Of a stretch of 64,000 nt of DNA, positions 52,253 to 61,852 are shown one piece after another (positions within the stretch are counted from its first letter, which is position 1; each line of letters opens with the position of its first letter). The DNA comes from Lysobacterales bacterium (GTDB taxonomy: Bacteria; Pseudomonadota; Gammaproteobacteria; Xanthomonadales; SZUA-5), in contig JALHMG010000028.1 in the NCBI GenBank assembly GCA_022844135.1, forward strand, positions 12,875 to 76,874, read 5' to 3'. Under the pieces are notes generated by a model. It saw nothing but the letters and a program-made list of their open reading frames with translations. It had not been told where the DNA came from and ran no database searches. The translations under genes were made by a program, and so were the position numbers.

Positions 52253-53418
52253 TCCACCGTCAGCCAGATCTTGTCCAGATCCGTTCCGAAACGGTCGGCG
52301 CGGTAGCGCGCTAGTTTGCCGGAGAGCGTCCACTGCGTACCGACAGGGCGTACATACTGCATGCCGATTTCGTCGCCATAGTCGATATCGCCACGGTCTG
52401 ACCGAAACTCGTGCCATCGAGCGCTCAAGATGCCGCCGCCGAGCTTGCCCGACACCTCAAACATCATGTCTCGAAGTCCATCGCGCGGAGTCGTGAGGAA
52501 GCGGTCGGCCCAGCCGTTGAATGCATGCAGCGTAGCAAGCGGCGTCTGGAAACCATAACGGCCATTGCCGCCCAGGCGCTCGAAAAGCACGCGCAATGCG
52601 AATGCGCCGTCTTTGAAGTTCAACGTGTTGTCGATGGCGTAGTAACCCACATCGATATCGCTGCTGCCGCGGGCAATGTCGTCCTGCTGCGCAGCCTCGA
52701 CGACGTACAGCCATTTCCAGGTGTCGCGACTGAGAGCGGCACCGCTGAAACGCAAACCGAGATTGCGATGGCTGCTGAGCGGCACATCTTGATTCTCGAT
52801 GGCATACAAGTACGCGACCGCCTGGTGACCGCCGTACAGGTATGCGAGATTGATCAGGTAGGTATCGAGGTCTTGCTGACGCAACAGCGGATTGGGATTG
52901 TAGTTGCCGAAGATCCGGTGCACTTCGTCGACGTAGGCGGCGCGCACGGTGAGGGCGCCGGCCGTGTGCTGCACGCTGAGCGCGTCGTAAGTTTGCTCGT
53001 TCTGGCGAAAGCCGACGCTGCCTACAAAGCGCTGATTGTCGTAGTTCAAGCGTTGGCGACCGAGAATCCACTGCGAAGGCGTTCCGAATCCGTAGGCCAC
53101 GTACGCCTGATTGATCTCCTCGCCAGCCGGGTCGGGGATGGCCGGGCGGGTGCGCTCGTTGTTGATCGTGCTGTTGTAACTGTTGCGATCGGCGGCGACG
53201 ATAATGTCGGCCTCGGCGAACGCGGTGAACCCTCGCCATGCATCGGTCCGCAGCCCCAGACGTCCGCGCAAAGTCAGCGCATCGCTATCGTCCCGGAACG
53301 CGTCATCGGACACGCTTTCGTACCGCAGTCGATAGTCCTGCGTGACCTGCCACGCGCCGACATCGTGTGCGAAGGCGGACGCCAGAAGGGCCAGACCGCA
53401 AATGCGCTTTCCAGACAT
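52240..53418 (-). CDS. Alginate-export (AlgE-like) family outer-membrane beta-barrel protein
   Basis: 392 aa with a signal peptide and an alternating beta-strand pattern. It has Alginate_exp-like motifs (...YRLRYESVSDDAFRDDSDALTLRGRLGL...). Confidence 0.65.
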   Translation of the reverse strand: MSGKRICGLALLASAFAHDVGAWQVTQDYRLRYESVSDDAFRDDSDALTLRGRLGLRTDAWRGFTAFAEADIIVAADRNSYNSTINNERTRPAIPDPAGEEINQAYVAYGFGTPSQWILGRQRLNYDNQRFVGSVGFRQNEQTYDALSVQHTAGALTVRAAYVDEVHRIFGNYNPNPLLRQQDLDTYLINLAYLYGGHQAVAYLYAIENQDVPLSSHRNLGLRFSGAALSRDTWKWLYVVEAAQQDDIARGSSDIDVGYYAIDNTLNFKDGAFALRVLFERLGGNGRYGFQTPLATLHAFNGWADRFLTTPRDGLRDMMFEVSGKLGGGILSARWHEFRSDRGDIDYGDEIGMQYVRPVGTQWTLSGKLARYRADRFGTDLDKIWLTVDYRR

Positions 53419-53563
53419 GGGAACACCTCCGTCGAGAATTCAACAACCACCCGTTTCGCCCGTCGCACGCTGCTGCGAACGACGGGCGATGTGTATGACC
53501 TGCGTCAAGCAGGCAATCTATTCCGATGTGGCGGAAGGCGCGCCGCGCGAGTACTGCCGCGCG

Positions 53564-54016
53564 TCAATCGAGGTTTTCGATCACCACAATGACGCTCGCC
53601 CGATATCCCTTCCAGACCACCGGCAGCGCGTAGGATTTGATTCCCTTGGGCAAATGCAGCGCGTCCTGCCCATAGATCAATGTCGGCACTGAGATCATGA
53701 AATCGTTGCCGAAGTGATTGCGCGCGTTACCAGAAATGGTGTTGGCCACGTCGCCGACCAGATCGAGCATGTTCTCCCGCGTCATGTTCTGCTCGCCGAC
53801 CTCTTTCATCAGCAGCATCAACAGGGCGCGGTCGGCCGTGAAGTACACGGTGCCGCGATGGCGACCAGAAATACCGATGGCGCCGGTAAATTCGCCGGCC
53901 ACCGATCGGGCGTCGTCGATGAGGTAGGGTGAGCCGACCTCGGCTTTGCTACCGACCGTCTCGACGAAATAGCGCGTCGCGCCGTCCAGGAAAACTTTGA
54001 TCTGACCTGCGTCCAC
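53564..54016 (-). CDS. cheX: CheX-family chemotaxis phosphatase (150 aa; GTG start, preceded by an AGGAG ribosome-binding site)
   Basis: The C-terminal 150 aa of the 297-aa track ORF, ...GEFTGAIGISGRHRGTVYFTADRALLMLLMKEV...ENMLDLVGDVANTISGNARNHFG..., matches the CheX/CheC-like pattern. Confidence 0.7.
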   Translation of the reverse strand: MDAGQIKVFLDGATRYFVETVGSKAEVGSPYLIDDARSVAGEFTGAIGISGRHRGTVYFTADRALLMLLMKEVGEQNMTRENMLDLVGDVANTISGNARNHFGNDFMISVPTLIYGQDALHLPKGIKSYALPVVWKGYRASVIVVIENLD

Positions 54017-54024
54017 AGAATCTC

Positions 54025-54429
54025 CTACTTGAGCAACTCGGACAGCGCACGATTCAACGAGGCGTCGTTGAAAGGCTTGCCAAGAAATCCATGGGCGCCT
54101 GCGTGCAATGCCTGCAAGACCATGCTCTGATCGTTCATCGCGCTGACCACCAGGATCAATAAATTCGGATTGATCTTGAGGATCTGCTTTACGCACTCGA
54201 TGCCGTCCATCTCGGGCATCGTGATGTCCATAGTCACGACATCGGGCTTGAGGTCGCGCGCCATCGCAAGTGCTTGCACTCCATTGGCGGCAGCGCCGAC
54301 CACTTCGATTTGCGCGTGGTGTTGGCCGCGCTCGATGCGACCACGAATGATGTTGGAATCGTCGACGATCAGCATCCGATACACTTTCGGCGCAGCGGTC
54401 GTTTTGCCTTCGCGCGAAAAGAAGCTCAT
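54025..54429 (-). CDS. cheY: CheY-like single-domain response regulator
   Basis: ...MLIVDDSNIIRGRIE...VVTMDITMPEMDGIECVKQIL...; 134 aa; 4-nt overlap with the upstream kinase gene. Confidence 0.85.
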   Translation of the reverse strand: MSFFSREGKTTAAPKVYRMLIVDDSNIIRGRIERGQHHAQIEVVGAAANGVQALAMARDLKPDVVTMDITMPEMDGIECVKQILKINPNLLILVVSAMNDQSMVLQALHAGAHGFLGKPFNDASLNRALSELLK

Positions 54430-56519
54430 ACCGATGCACCCGTAAAGCTCGGCACACTAATCGTGAATCTCGAACCTTGACCTGGCCGAGTGCCGATGGC
54501 TACCCGGCCGCCGATGCGCGCGATCGACTGTTCGACCACATCCAGCCCAACGCCACGACCACCGTCTTCGGAAACATCGTCCTTGGTCGTGAAGCCGGAC
54601 GTAAACAGCAATCGCGCCAGCTCTCTGGGCGCCATGGCAGCAGCCTTTTCGCGCGTAGCCATGCCCAGTTGTACGGCTTTGGCGCGGACTCGATCAAGGT
54701 CGATACCGCGACCGTCGTCCTCCACCGCAAGTTCGACGCCGCCGTTCGCCGCCTGCTTCACCGACAGCACAACGCGCCCGACTGCAGGCTTACCCTCCGC
54801 CGTACGATCGTGCGGCGGTTCGATGCCGTGAACGATGGCGTTGCGCACCAACTGCACCAACGCGTCGGATAACTCGTGATAAGCCGTTTCGGGTATCTCG
54901 ACATCGGCGCTGGCGTTGACGCTGAACTCGACGCGCTTCTGTTCGCGCTCCGCCACCCTGCGCGCGATCAGCTCGGCCTTGTTCCACACCGGCGCGAGCC
55001 GACGGGCGGGACGACCGCTGTCCAACGATCGGCGCACCTGGCTGAGTCTCTCGACCATCTCACGGACGCCTTCCAGCTGCTGATACATCTCGCGCAGCGA
55101 TACGGTCAACGGCAGCAAATCGCCGCCGGCGAGGCTGTCCTGACCACGCAGCTTGGAAATCTGATCTTCGATCTGATGCGCCCAGCTTTCGATAGGTTCG
55201 AAATCGAGCGCAGCAGCATCGCCCTTGATGGTGTGCGCAATCCGGTACACCTGCGCGAGCTTGCTCATGGTGCCTTGGCGCGATGTTCCGCCCGTGGCGA
55301 GAATGGAGTTCATCTCATCAAGTCCACGGTTCATTTTGTCGATGAACTCGACCAGCTCGTCGTTGCCCAGATGCATCATCTTGGTCAGCAGCGTGATTTG
55401 CTGCTCGCCGCGACGTCGCGCGCGATCCAGCTCTTGGCGAAGTTCGACTTCGGATGTCACGTCTGCCGCCGACACCAGCAAGTGCGAGAGGTTTCCGTCA
55501 GTGAGCACGCGTCGGAATTGAAAGGCCAGGTAGCGCGTCGCGATACGGCCGTCCTCCGTGGGCGTGGAGACTTCAACCTCCTTCAGCGGATTGACCTCGC
55601 CCATCAACGACTCTTTGACGCGTTCGCCGAATAGCAAGTCCAGGAACGAACGCGCCGTCGCTTGCGTCTTCTCCGGCACCATGCGCGCCAGCACGTCCAT
55701 CAAATTGCGCCCAGCGGTGCCCTTGACACCCAGGATCTGCTCAAGCGACTTTGACTGTTGCTGGCCGATATTGAGCTCGCGATCGACCAGAAACAGACCA
55801 TCGTTGACAGTGTTCAGGATGTTGTCGGTCTCAGCTTTCGCGGCGACCAGCTCAGCGTCTGCCCGACGTAAATTGCGCAGCGAGAAAAACACCACGTATG
55901 CGAACAATGTGAGCGCGACGGCGATGGCCGTCAACTGAATCACGCGCAGTGTGGCGGCGCGCTGCTGCGATTGCTGCTCGAGCGCGGTGGTCAGCGAATT
56001 CATCAACTGCAGAATCTTGACGTTGTTGACTCGCGCATACACCGCGAGATTGGCCAATGAGGCTTCGATGCGATCCGGCGTCGTGGCTTCAAAGAACTCA
56101 TCCAGCAGTTTCTGGTAACCCTCCCACAAATTGACGCCGTCGCTGATCGAATCCAAACCGACCTGGGCCTTGGCGAGATACACTGGCTTGCCGTCGCCGC
56201 CAGTCACTTCGCCGCCATTGCGAAATCCCGTGAGCGTGGTATCGAACAGTTTCACCGCTCCACGCAGCTCTTCGACCGCCGCTGATCGCTCGGTGTCGTC
56301 CTTCGCCTGCTGGATCAAAAAAATGGACTTCGCGATGCGCTGCGAGAGCATGCGTTGCCGACCGGAAAGATTGACGCTGACCGCGTCTTGATCGACACGC
56401 GTGGCGAGATAAAAGTTAAGGCCGGCGACCGTTGCGATGACGAGCAGGAACAGCGTCAGCGCAACGAACAGACCGCGGTATTTGGTTGAACCCTTCATGC
56501 GGGTTGTCCTCTTGAACAC
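54426..56519 (-). CDS. Membrane-bound CheA-like histidine kinase. A PilJ/NarX-type (NIT-like) periplasmic sensor sits between two transmembrane helices, followed by a cytoplasmic linker, an HPt domain and a CheA-type dimerisation/HATPase domain. It has no P2 or CheW-like P5 domain.
   Basis: NLSGRQRMLSQRIAKSIFLIQQ is the PilJ/NarX N-terminal sensor hallmark. The HPt motif is QVYRIAHTIKGDAAALDF. The CheA N-box HELSDALVQLVRNAIVHGIE and G-boxes GRGIDLD...GRGVGLDVV...GQGSRFTISVP follow. The protein ends right after the HATPase domain. Confidence 0.7.
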   Translation of the reverse strand: MFKRTTRMKGSTKYRGLFVALTLFLLVIATVAGLNFYLATRVDQDAVSVNLSGRQRMLSQRIAKSIFLIQQAKDDTERSAAVEELRGAVKLFDTTLTGFRNGGEVTGGDGKPVYLAKAQVGLDSISDGVNLWEGYQKLLDEFFEATTPDRIEASLANLAVYARVNNVKILQLMNSLTTALEQQSQQRAATLRVIQLTAIAVALTLFAYVVFFSLRNLRRADAELVAAKAETDNILNTVNDGLFLVDRELNIGQQQSKSLEQILGVKGTAGRNLMDVLARMVPEKTQATARSFLDLLFGERVKESLMGEVNPLKEVEVSTPTEDGRIATRYLAFQFRRVLTDGNLSHLLVSAADVTSEVELRQELDRARRRGEQQITLLTKMMHLGNDELVEFIDKMNRGLDEMNSILATGGTSRQGTMSKLAQVYRIAHTIKGDAAALDFEPIESWAHQIEDQISKLRGQDSLAGGDLLPLTVSLREMYQQLEGVREMVERLSQVRRSLDSGRPARRLAPVWNKAELIARRVAEREQKRVEFSVNASADVEIPETAYHELSDALVQLVRNAIVHGIEPPHDRTAEGKPAVGRVVLSVKQAANGGVELAVEDDGRGIDLDRVRAKAVQLGMATREKAAAMAPRELARLLFTSGFTTKDDVSEDGGRGVGLDVVEQSIARIGGRVAIGTRPGQGSRFTISVPSFTGASV

Positions 56520-56573
56520 ACGCCTATTCGATCCGATAAGGCCGGCAAGCGGCTACTGTCATTCTGTGTTTTC

Positions 56574-58925
56574 TTGTGTCAGTCTGTGACGTCAGGCAAA
56601 GGAGAACTCATCCTGATAGCGTTGTCGCTCGCGCTCTCATTGGTCTTTGCGGCGCCGCAAGAACGGCAGCGCGACCTGGAAGCGCTCGCATCGATCGCCG
56701 AGCGCGGCATCGAATCGACAGAATCGGTCGCGAACCGGCTGATAGCGGAATCGAGCGCATCGAGCGACGTCGAGACTGGCGTTCGCGCTCGGCTGCATCT
56801 GCTGCGTCATTACCGATTGCAGGGCCGATGGAGCGAAATTGCGCAGTTAAGTGCGGAGACCGTCGCTCTCGCCGAAGCGGCGGGCTTGGACGTGCTGGCG
56901 GCCAAAGCCAGGCTGGCTCGGGTCAGCGCCCTGTTGCAACTGGAGCAAGCCGTCGAGGCGCAAACCGTTGCGCTCGATGTCTTGGCAGCGGGCGAGCGCC
57001 TGAACGATACGTCGCTGCAAGCGCTGGCGCGGCTCAACCTGTCGTCGATTGCCGGTCGCGGAGGCGACGTCGAGTCGGCGCGGCGGCACATCGAAGCCGG
57101 GCTGGCACTGGCCATTGGCGAACCAGAAATTCAGATCCGCTTGTTATTGAACAAGACGCTGGTCGGTCAGGCCAGCGGCGACCGCGAGATGGCCAGCGCG
57201 GCGCTGTCGAAAGCGCTCTCAATCCAGTTGCCCGACCCTATTCCGGAGTTGGAACAAACTTTGTTGCTGGCAAGACTGAGCGTACTGGTCGACGATCCGC
57301 GAGCGGCAGCAGATCTGGCAAAGACGGTCGCCGCCGAGGCGCGCAGCATCGGCAATTCCTTTCTGGCAGCGTTTGCCGATGCCGCTCGCGCGAAACGACT
57401 ATGTGCGCTCGGCGACACCGCCGAGGCGCTCGAACTCTTCGACGCCGCTTTGGCCTTTTATGAGCAATCCGACATCGCGGTCGAACAAGCGAAAGTATTG
57501 GACAGCAAGGCCATCTGTCTCAAAACCGCCGGACAGCTCGACGCCGCATTCGAGGCCCTGTCGGCGGCGCGGAACAAAGAGCGACAGGCGAACGAACGTC
57601 AGCGAAGCGAAGTGATCGCTTCGCTGAATGCGGCGCGCCGCGAAAGCGAACTGGCGACAACGATCGCCGAGAAAGAACAGCGTGTGCGGTCTTTGCAAAC
57701 CGAAGCCATCGCCAAGCAACGCAATGTGCTGCTCTGGGCGCTGGCGGCGGTCGTCGCCATTTCGCTGGCGACGCTGGTCGCGTTGCGTGCACGCAGTACC
57801 GCCGTGCGCGCCGCGGCATTGCAGGGCCTGCAGGAAGCGCGTTCGGACATGCTCGCTGTTGCTGGGCACGAAATTCGCAACCCGATTCAGGGCTTGATGG
57901 GCGCCCTGACAGCGCTCTTGCACGAAGAAATCGACCCGCACCGGCGGCAACTGCTGACCAACGCGCACCGCGCGGTTCAGACCATCGCGCGCATCAGCAA
58001 CGATGCGTTCGACTTATCGCTGATGGACAAAGGGCAATTCCAGCTGTTCAAGCGTCCCACGCGCCTGCTCGATGTTCTGCGCTCCGCGTGCGATTGGGTT
58101 TCGCCCGCGGCACAAGCCAAGGGATTGAACATCGAGTTGCAATATGCGGACGAAGCGGCAGATGTGGAAGCCGACATCGACGCCGATCGCATTTCTCAAG
58201 TGGTTCTGAATCTGCTGACCAACGCAGTGCGCTATTCGCACGCCGGTACCATTCGGATCGAAAGCGCCATTCTCGGCGACCGTTGGCGAGTCGCGGTGAT
58301 CGATCACGGACCAGGCATTAACGAAACCGAGTTGCCGCGCTTGTTCGATGCCTATTTCCGCGGCGCCAGCGCCACGCAAACCCAAGGCGGCGGTCTGGGA
58401 CTGAGCGTCGCTCAACGCATCGTCGCCGCTCACCATGGCGAGATTTTGGCGAGCAATCGACCCGACGGCGGCGCGGAATTTGCGTTCTGGATTCCGCTTG
58501 CCAGCAGCGTCGAACGCCCAGCGCCGGCGCAGGCATCGTCGCTGCGTCCGCTTGAGGGTCTGCGTCTTCTGGTCATCGACGACGATGAGCTCGTTCGTCT
58601 GGCTGTGCGCGTCAATGCAGAAATTGCTGGCGCCATCGTCCAGGACCTGGGCGACGGTTCGCGGCTGATCAAGACCATTCGCGAATTCGATCCCGATATC
58701 GTGCTGAGCGACAAACAACTCGAGGCCGAAGACGGGATTGAACTGCTGCGCAACATCCGTGCCGCATTTCCCGGACCGCGCCCACGACTGGCGTTGATGA
58801 CCGGCTCGGTACGAACACAAACCTTAGAAGGTCCTGTCGAACGCATACTGCACAAGCCATTCTCGAGCGCGGCTTTTGTGGAAGCCATGGCGGAACTGCG
58901 CAACAGTCCGAACGCTTCGGCCTGA
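56574..58925 (+). CDS. Hybrid sensor histidine kinase (N-terminal TPR-like helical sensor region, transmembrane helix, HisKA, HATPase_c, C-terminal receiver)
   Basis: H-box LAVAGHEIRNPIQGLMGAL, ATPase motifs (...LLTNAVRYS..., GGGLGLSVAQRIV), and C-terminal REC (LRLLVIDDDELVR...IVLSDKQLEAEDGIELLRNIR). Confidence 0.8.
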   Translation: MCQSVTSGKGELILIALSLALSLVFAAPQERQRDLEALASIAERGIESTESVANRLIAESSASSDVETGVRARLHLLRHYRLQGRWSEIAQLSAETVALAEAAGLDVLAAKARLARVSALLQLEQAVEAQTVALDVLAAGERLNDTSLQALARLNLSSIAGRGGDVESARRHIEAGLALAIGEPEIQIRLLLNKTLVGQASGDREMASAALSKALSIQLPDPIPELEQTLLLARLSVLVDDPRAAADLAKTVAAEARSIGNSFLAAFADAARAKRLCALGDTAEALELFDAALAFYEQSDIAVEQAKVLDSKAICLKTAGQLDAAFEALSAARNKERQANERQRSEVIASLNAARRESELATTIAEKEQRVRSLQTEAIAKQRNVLLWALAAVVAISLATLVALRARSTAVRAAALQGLQEARSDMLAVAGHEIRNPIQGLMGALTALLHEEIDPHRRQLLTNAHRAVQTIARISNDAFDLSLMDKGQFQLFKRPTRLLDVLRSACDWVSPAAQAKGLNIELQYADEAADVEADIDADRISQVVLNLLTNAVRYSHAGTIRIESAILGDRWRVAVIDHGPGINETELPRLFDAYFRGASATQTQGGGLGLSVAQRIVAAHHGEILASNRPDGGAEFAFWIPLASSVERPAPAQASSLRPLEGLRLLVIDDDELVRLAVRVNAEIAGAIVQDLGDGSRLIKTIREFDPDIVLSDKQLEAEDGIELLRNIRAAFPGPRPRLALMTGSVRTQTLEGPVERILHKPFSSAAFVEAMAELRNSPNASA

Positions 58926-59061
58926 CATCGGCTGTGCTGTTGCGCCTGCGGTGAGCGCGAAGTGCGCAACAGTTGGCGAAATCGCGCGATCGGCTGTCAT
59001 CGCCAGCGCCGTAGTCGTCACTCATGGAAGCCCGAACGACGGGTCATCTTGAGGAACGACT

Positions 59062-59772
59062 ATGGCTAGCTCCACTGGCGCCCCGATCTGCCTGATCCTG
59101 ACGGCAGCTCTCGCCGGCGCTCCCCTGCCCGCCTGCGAATACTGGCAATTGGCGGGACCCTTCACGTTGCAGCAGTCGAATCGAATCACAGTCCACGGCG
59201 AACTGACCCAGACAGGTCGCCGCCTGAGCGGTCGCGCCAGCTTTTACTCGCCAACCCTGGGCGACGGCGGAACTACGTTGGCCGGCGACATCGACGGGCA
59301 TATCGAGGGCGATGCGATTGAACTCGATGTCTACTGGTACGGAAACTACGAGCAGTGTGCCGGCGAGTGTTACGCAAGCAGTTACGACGCTGGTGCGCGC
59401 TACCAGGGACGTATCGATCCCGACGGGCGCATCTCGGGTGTCAACTTCGAATTTGACCGACCACAAGCGCAGGTGCGCTGGACGCTGGCAGGCGCTGTGC
59501 AATGCGGCAATCCGCCGCCGTCCATGGCCGATCGCGTGCGCGAAACGGGCCCGATCGCCCCGTTGGACGCGAACGGCGCCATGACCCACGAGAGCGGCGG
59601 CTTCGCGCCGCGCGATGTCGGCGCTGCGAAAGTGATGGAGACCGAGGGTTTCGCCAGGTCGGATACAGATAACGCCGCGTCTCGCAACCTGCGCTCTGTA
59701 CAACCCTCGGTGCAGCGCAGATCGTTGCAACCGAGGCAGCTCCGCCATGCGCTGAGGGAGGAATTGCCGTGA
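59062..59772 (+). CDS. Hypothetical secreted protein
   Basis: 236 aa with an N-terminal signal-like sequence. There is a 4-nt overlap with the downstream gene. Confidence 0.45.
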   Translation: MASSTGAPICLILTAALAGAPLPACEYWQLAGPFTLQQSNRITVHGELTQTGRRLSGRASFYSPTLGDGGTTLAGDIDGHIEGDAIELDVYWYGNYEQCAGECYASSYDAGARYQGRIDPDGRISGVNFEFDRPQAQVRWTLAGAVQCGNPPPSMADRVRETGPIAPLDANGAMTHESGGFAPRDVGAAKVMETEGFARSDTDNAASRNLRSVQPSVQRRSLQPRQLRHALREELP

Positions 59773-61787
59773 TCGACATCATGCAAACGCTGCGCATCGG
59801 CATCGCATCGATCGCGCTTGCGGCGACCAGCGTCGCCACGGCCAATCCCTACAAGGATCCCGACCCGGAGAAGGTCAAGAAACTGCTGATCGAGTACTTG
59901 AAAAAAGGCGGCCCTGCGGCAGCGGGCAATGCCTCGGACAGCAAACAGATCGCCGACGCCGGCATCGACCTCGTGGTTGGCCTCGCCGATCTTGGATTCC
60001 CCGGAATTGGACTGGTACTCGGACCATTGAAAGGCCTGCTCAAATCGCCATCGCAAACCGTGCCGGCGATCGTCGAACAACGCCTGGGACGGCTGGAGCG
60101 AAACGTGTCGTCTTTGTATGCGGAGATGGCTGAAGTGCAACGTGGGTTGGCGGACAACAGCAATCTCGACCGTCTCACCGAAATTCGCCGCAACCTGCTG
60201 CAAATGAAGAATCTGGCCGCCGACTTGCCCACTCTGCCGTCGTCCTCGGCCGAAGCGCGACGCGCGCACCTGGACAAGGCACTCAACGAAATGGACGCGT
60301 TCTTGCCGCTGGATTCGGTCGGAGAATCCCTTTGGACATGGGACGCTGTGCGTATCAAATCGGCGCCCGGCCAGGACCAGCCCGACATCGAGAGCACGGT
60401 GCACGATCAAATCGACATTGCACTCGATGCTTACATCCAGGCGCTTTCGCTCCTGGTCGCCACACGCGATGCCGTGTCCGCAGCGATGACCTCGCAGCAG
60501 CGATCTCGAATTTTGCGCCACAGCGCGTTCCTGATCGGCGACGAGGCGCAAGTCGGCGCCTACGGCCTGCCGTACTCGCTGAAAATCAGGAGCACACCAG
60601 CGGTTTGCGGATTCACCGCCAGCTCGATCGGCGCCGGTCGCTGCGCCTACACAATATCGTGCAGAAACCCATTTGCGACCCGCTCCGATGTGATTGAAGA
60701 ACCCAATCATGGCGGCTCCTGCCTGATGTTGTCGGGCAACCTGTACGACAGCGTCGCCCAGGCATTGACGCAGGAACTGGATGAGCTTCCCAATCCTCTG
60801 AGTGAACTGCTGACCCTGGCCGCCAACAGGCTCGGTGGCGGCCCGTCCAATCCTCCAACCGGTAGCTTCGACGCCAGTACGCGCTTGGAAGATCAATCGC
60901 TGTTCGTGCTCCGGGACGATGGTCGGCTTGAGAGCTACATGCACACGGTCGCGACGCAAGACTTGCGGCGAGCGCCGCGACCCGCACCTGCGCCGGATTG
61001 CAGCGGCGTGGCAGCGCATCTCAGCGAAGCCTGCCAACCACCGCTCGCACGGCTACTGGTGCGCGAGGAAATCAAGCATTCGCTATCGAACGCTCACCAC
61101 GTCGTTGGCGACTGGCGCGGCCTCGATCCGTTGATGGCGGGTCCTTTGCGCCACAACTCCTTCGTTCTTTATGCCATCGACGACGGCGGCCTGCTGCAAC
61201 GCCGTCGCATCGACACGCCCACGACAGGACCGATGCGCCAACTGGATACGCCGAAAACCGTTGGCCATGGGTGGTTGCGCGGACCGCGCGTGTTCTCCGG
61301 CGGCGAAGGTGTGCTTTACAGCGTCGCGCCTGACGGAAAACTGCTTTGGTACAAACATGTCAATGCCAACGATGGCAATGCCTTCCCAGTTTTCGAATCG
61401 AAGTCCGTGGGCCGAGGATGGGGAGATGTGGTCCGCATCTGGTCGCCGGGCATGGGAATCATCTACGCGGTTAAACCCGACGGCACGCTGCTGTGGTTCT
61501 ATCACCGCCGCTGGCGCGACGGCGGCGGTCTGGCATTGCCCGATGCGTGGGAAGGTCCGAAGATCGTCGGCAGCGGTTGGCAGGACTTCAAGCTGATCGC
61601 AGGCGCCGCGAATGGTCTGGTGTATGCGTTGGAAAACAGTGGGCGATTGCTGGTGTATCGGCATCTGGGATGGCAAAGCGGCAGCAGCGAATGGCGCGAT
61701 CCGGTCGTCGTCGCCGAGGGCTGGACAGATGTTCGAAGCTTGAGCACTACCGTCTCCGAGCCCAGCGCCGCCATAGACGTTGATTAA
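59769..61787 (+). CDS. Secreted protein with a C-terminal tachylectin-2-like beta-propeller repeat region (putative lectin); the N-terminal ~400 aa are novel
   Basis: Signal peptide MIDIMQTLRIGIASIALAATSVATA. The C-terminus has ~47-aa repeats GVLYSVAPDGKLLWYKH...GRGWGDV / GIIYAVKPDGTLLWFYH...GSGWQDF / GLVYALENSGRLLVYRH...AEGWTDV. Confidence 0.5.
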   Translation: MIDIMQTLRIGIASIALAATSVATANPYKDPDPEKVKKLLIEYLKKGGPAAAGNASDSKQIADAGIDLVVGLADLGFPGIGLVLGPLKGLLKSPSQTVPAIVEQRLGRLERNVSSLYAEMAEVQRGLADNSNLDRLTEIRRNLLQMKNLAADLPTLPSSSAEARRAHLDKALNEMDAFLPLDSVGESLWTWDAVRIKSAPGQDQPDIESTVHDQIDIALDAYIQALSLLVATRDAVSAAMTSQQRSRILRHSAFLIGDEAQVGAYGLPYSLKIRSTPAVCGFTASSIGAGRCAYTISCRNPFATRSDVIEEPNHGGSCLMLSGNLYDSVAQALTQELDELPNPLSELLTLAANRLGGGPSNPPTGSFDASTRLEDQSLFVLRDDGRLESYMHTVATQDLRRAPRPAPAPDCSGVAAHLSEACQPPLARLLVREEIKHSLSNAHHVVGDWRGLDPLMAGPLRHNSFVLYAIDDGGLLQRRRIDTPTTGPMRQLDTPKTVGHGWLRGPRVFSGGEGVLYSVAPDGKLLWYKHVNANDGNAFPVFESKSVGRGWGDVVRIWSPGMGIIYAVKPDGTLLWFYHRRWRDGGGLALPDAWEGPKIVGSGWQDFKLIAGAANGLVYALENSGRLLVYRHLGWQSGSSEWRDPVVVAEGWTDVRSLSTTVSEPSAAIDVD

Positions 61788-61852
61788 GCGCTGTCGGCCC
61801 CGGCGCAAAGCGCGCCGGGGCCGTTGGCCTGGGACGCATGCTGGCGACGCGC

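Noticed and set aside
59400-61037. 545-aa minus-strand ORF
   Set aside because: Antisense to the tachylectin-like gene, with an Arg-rich junk translation.
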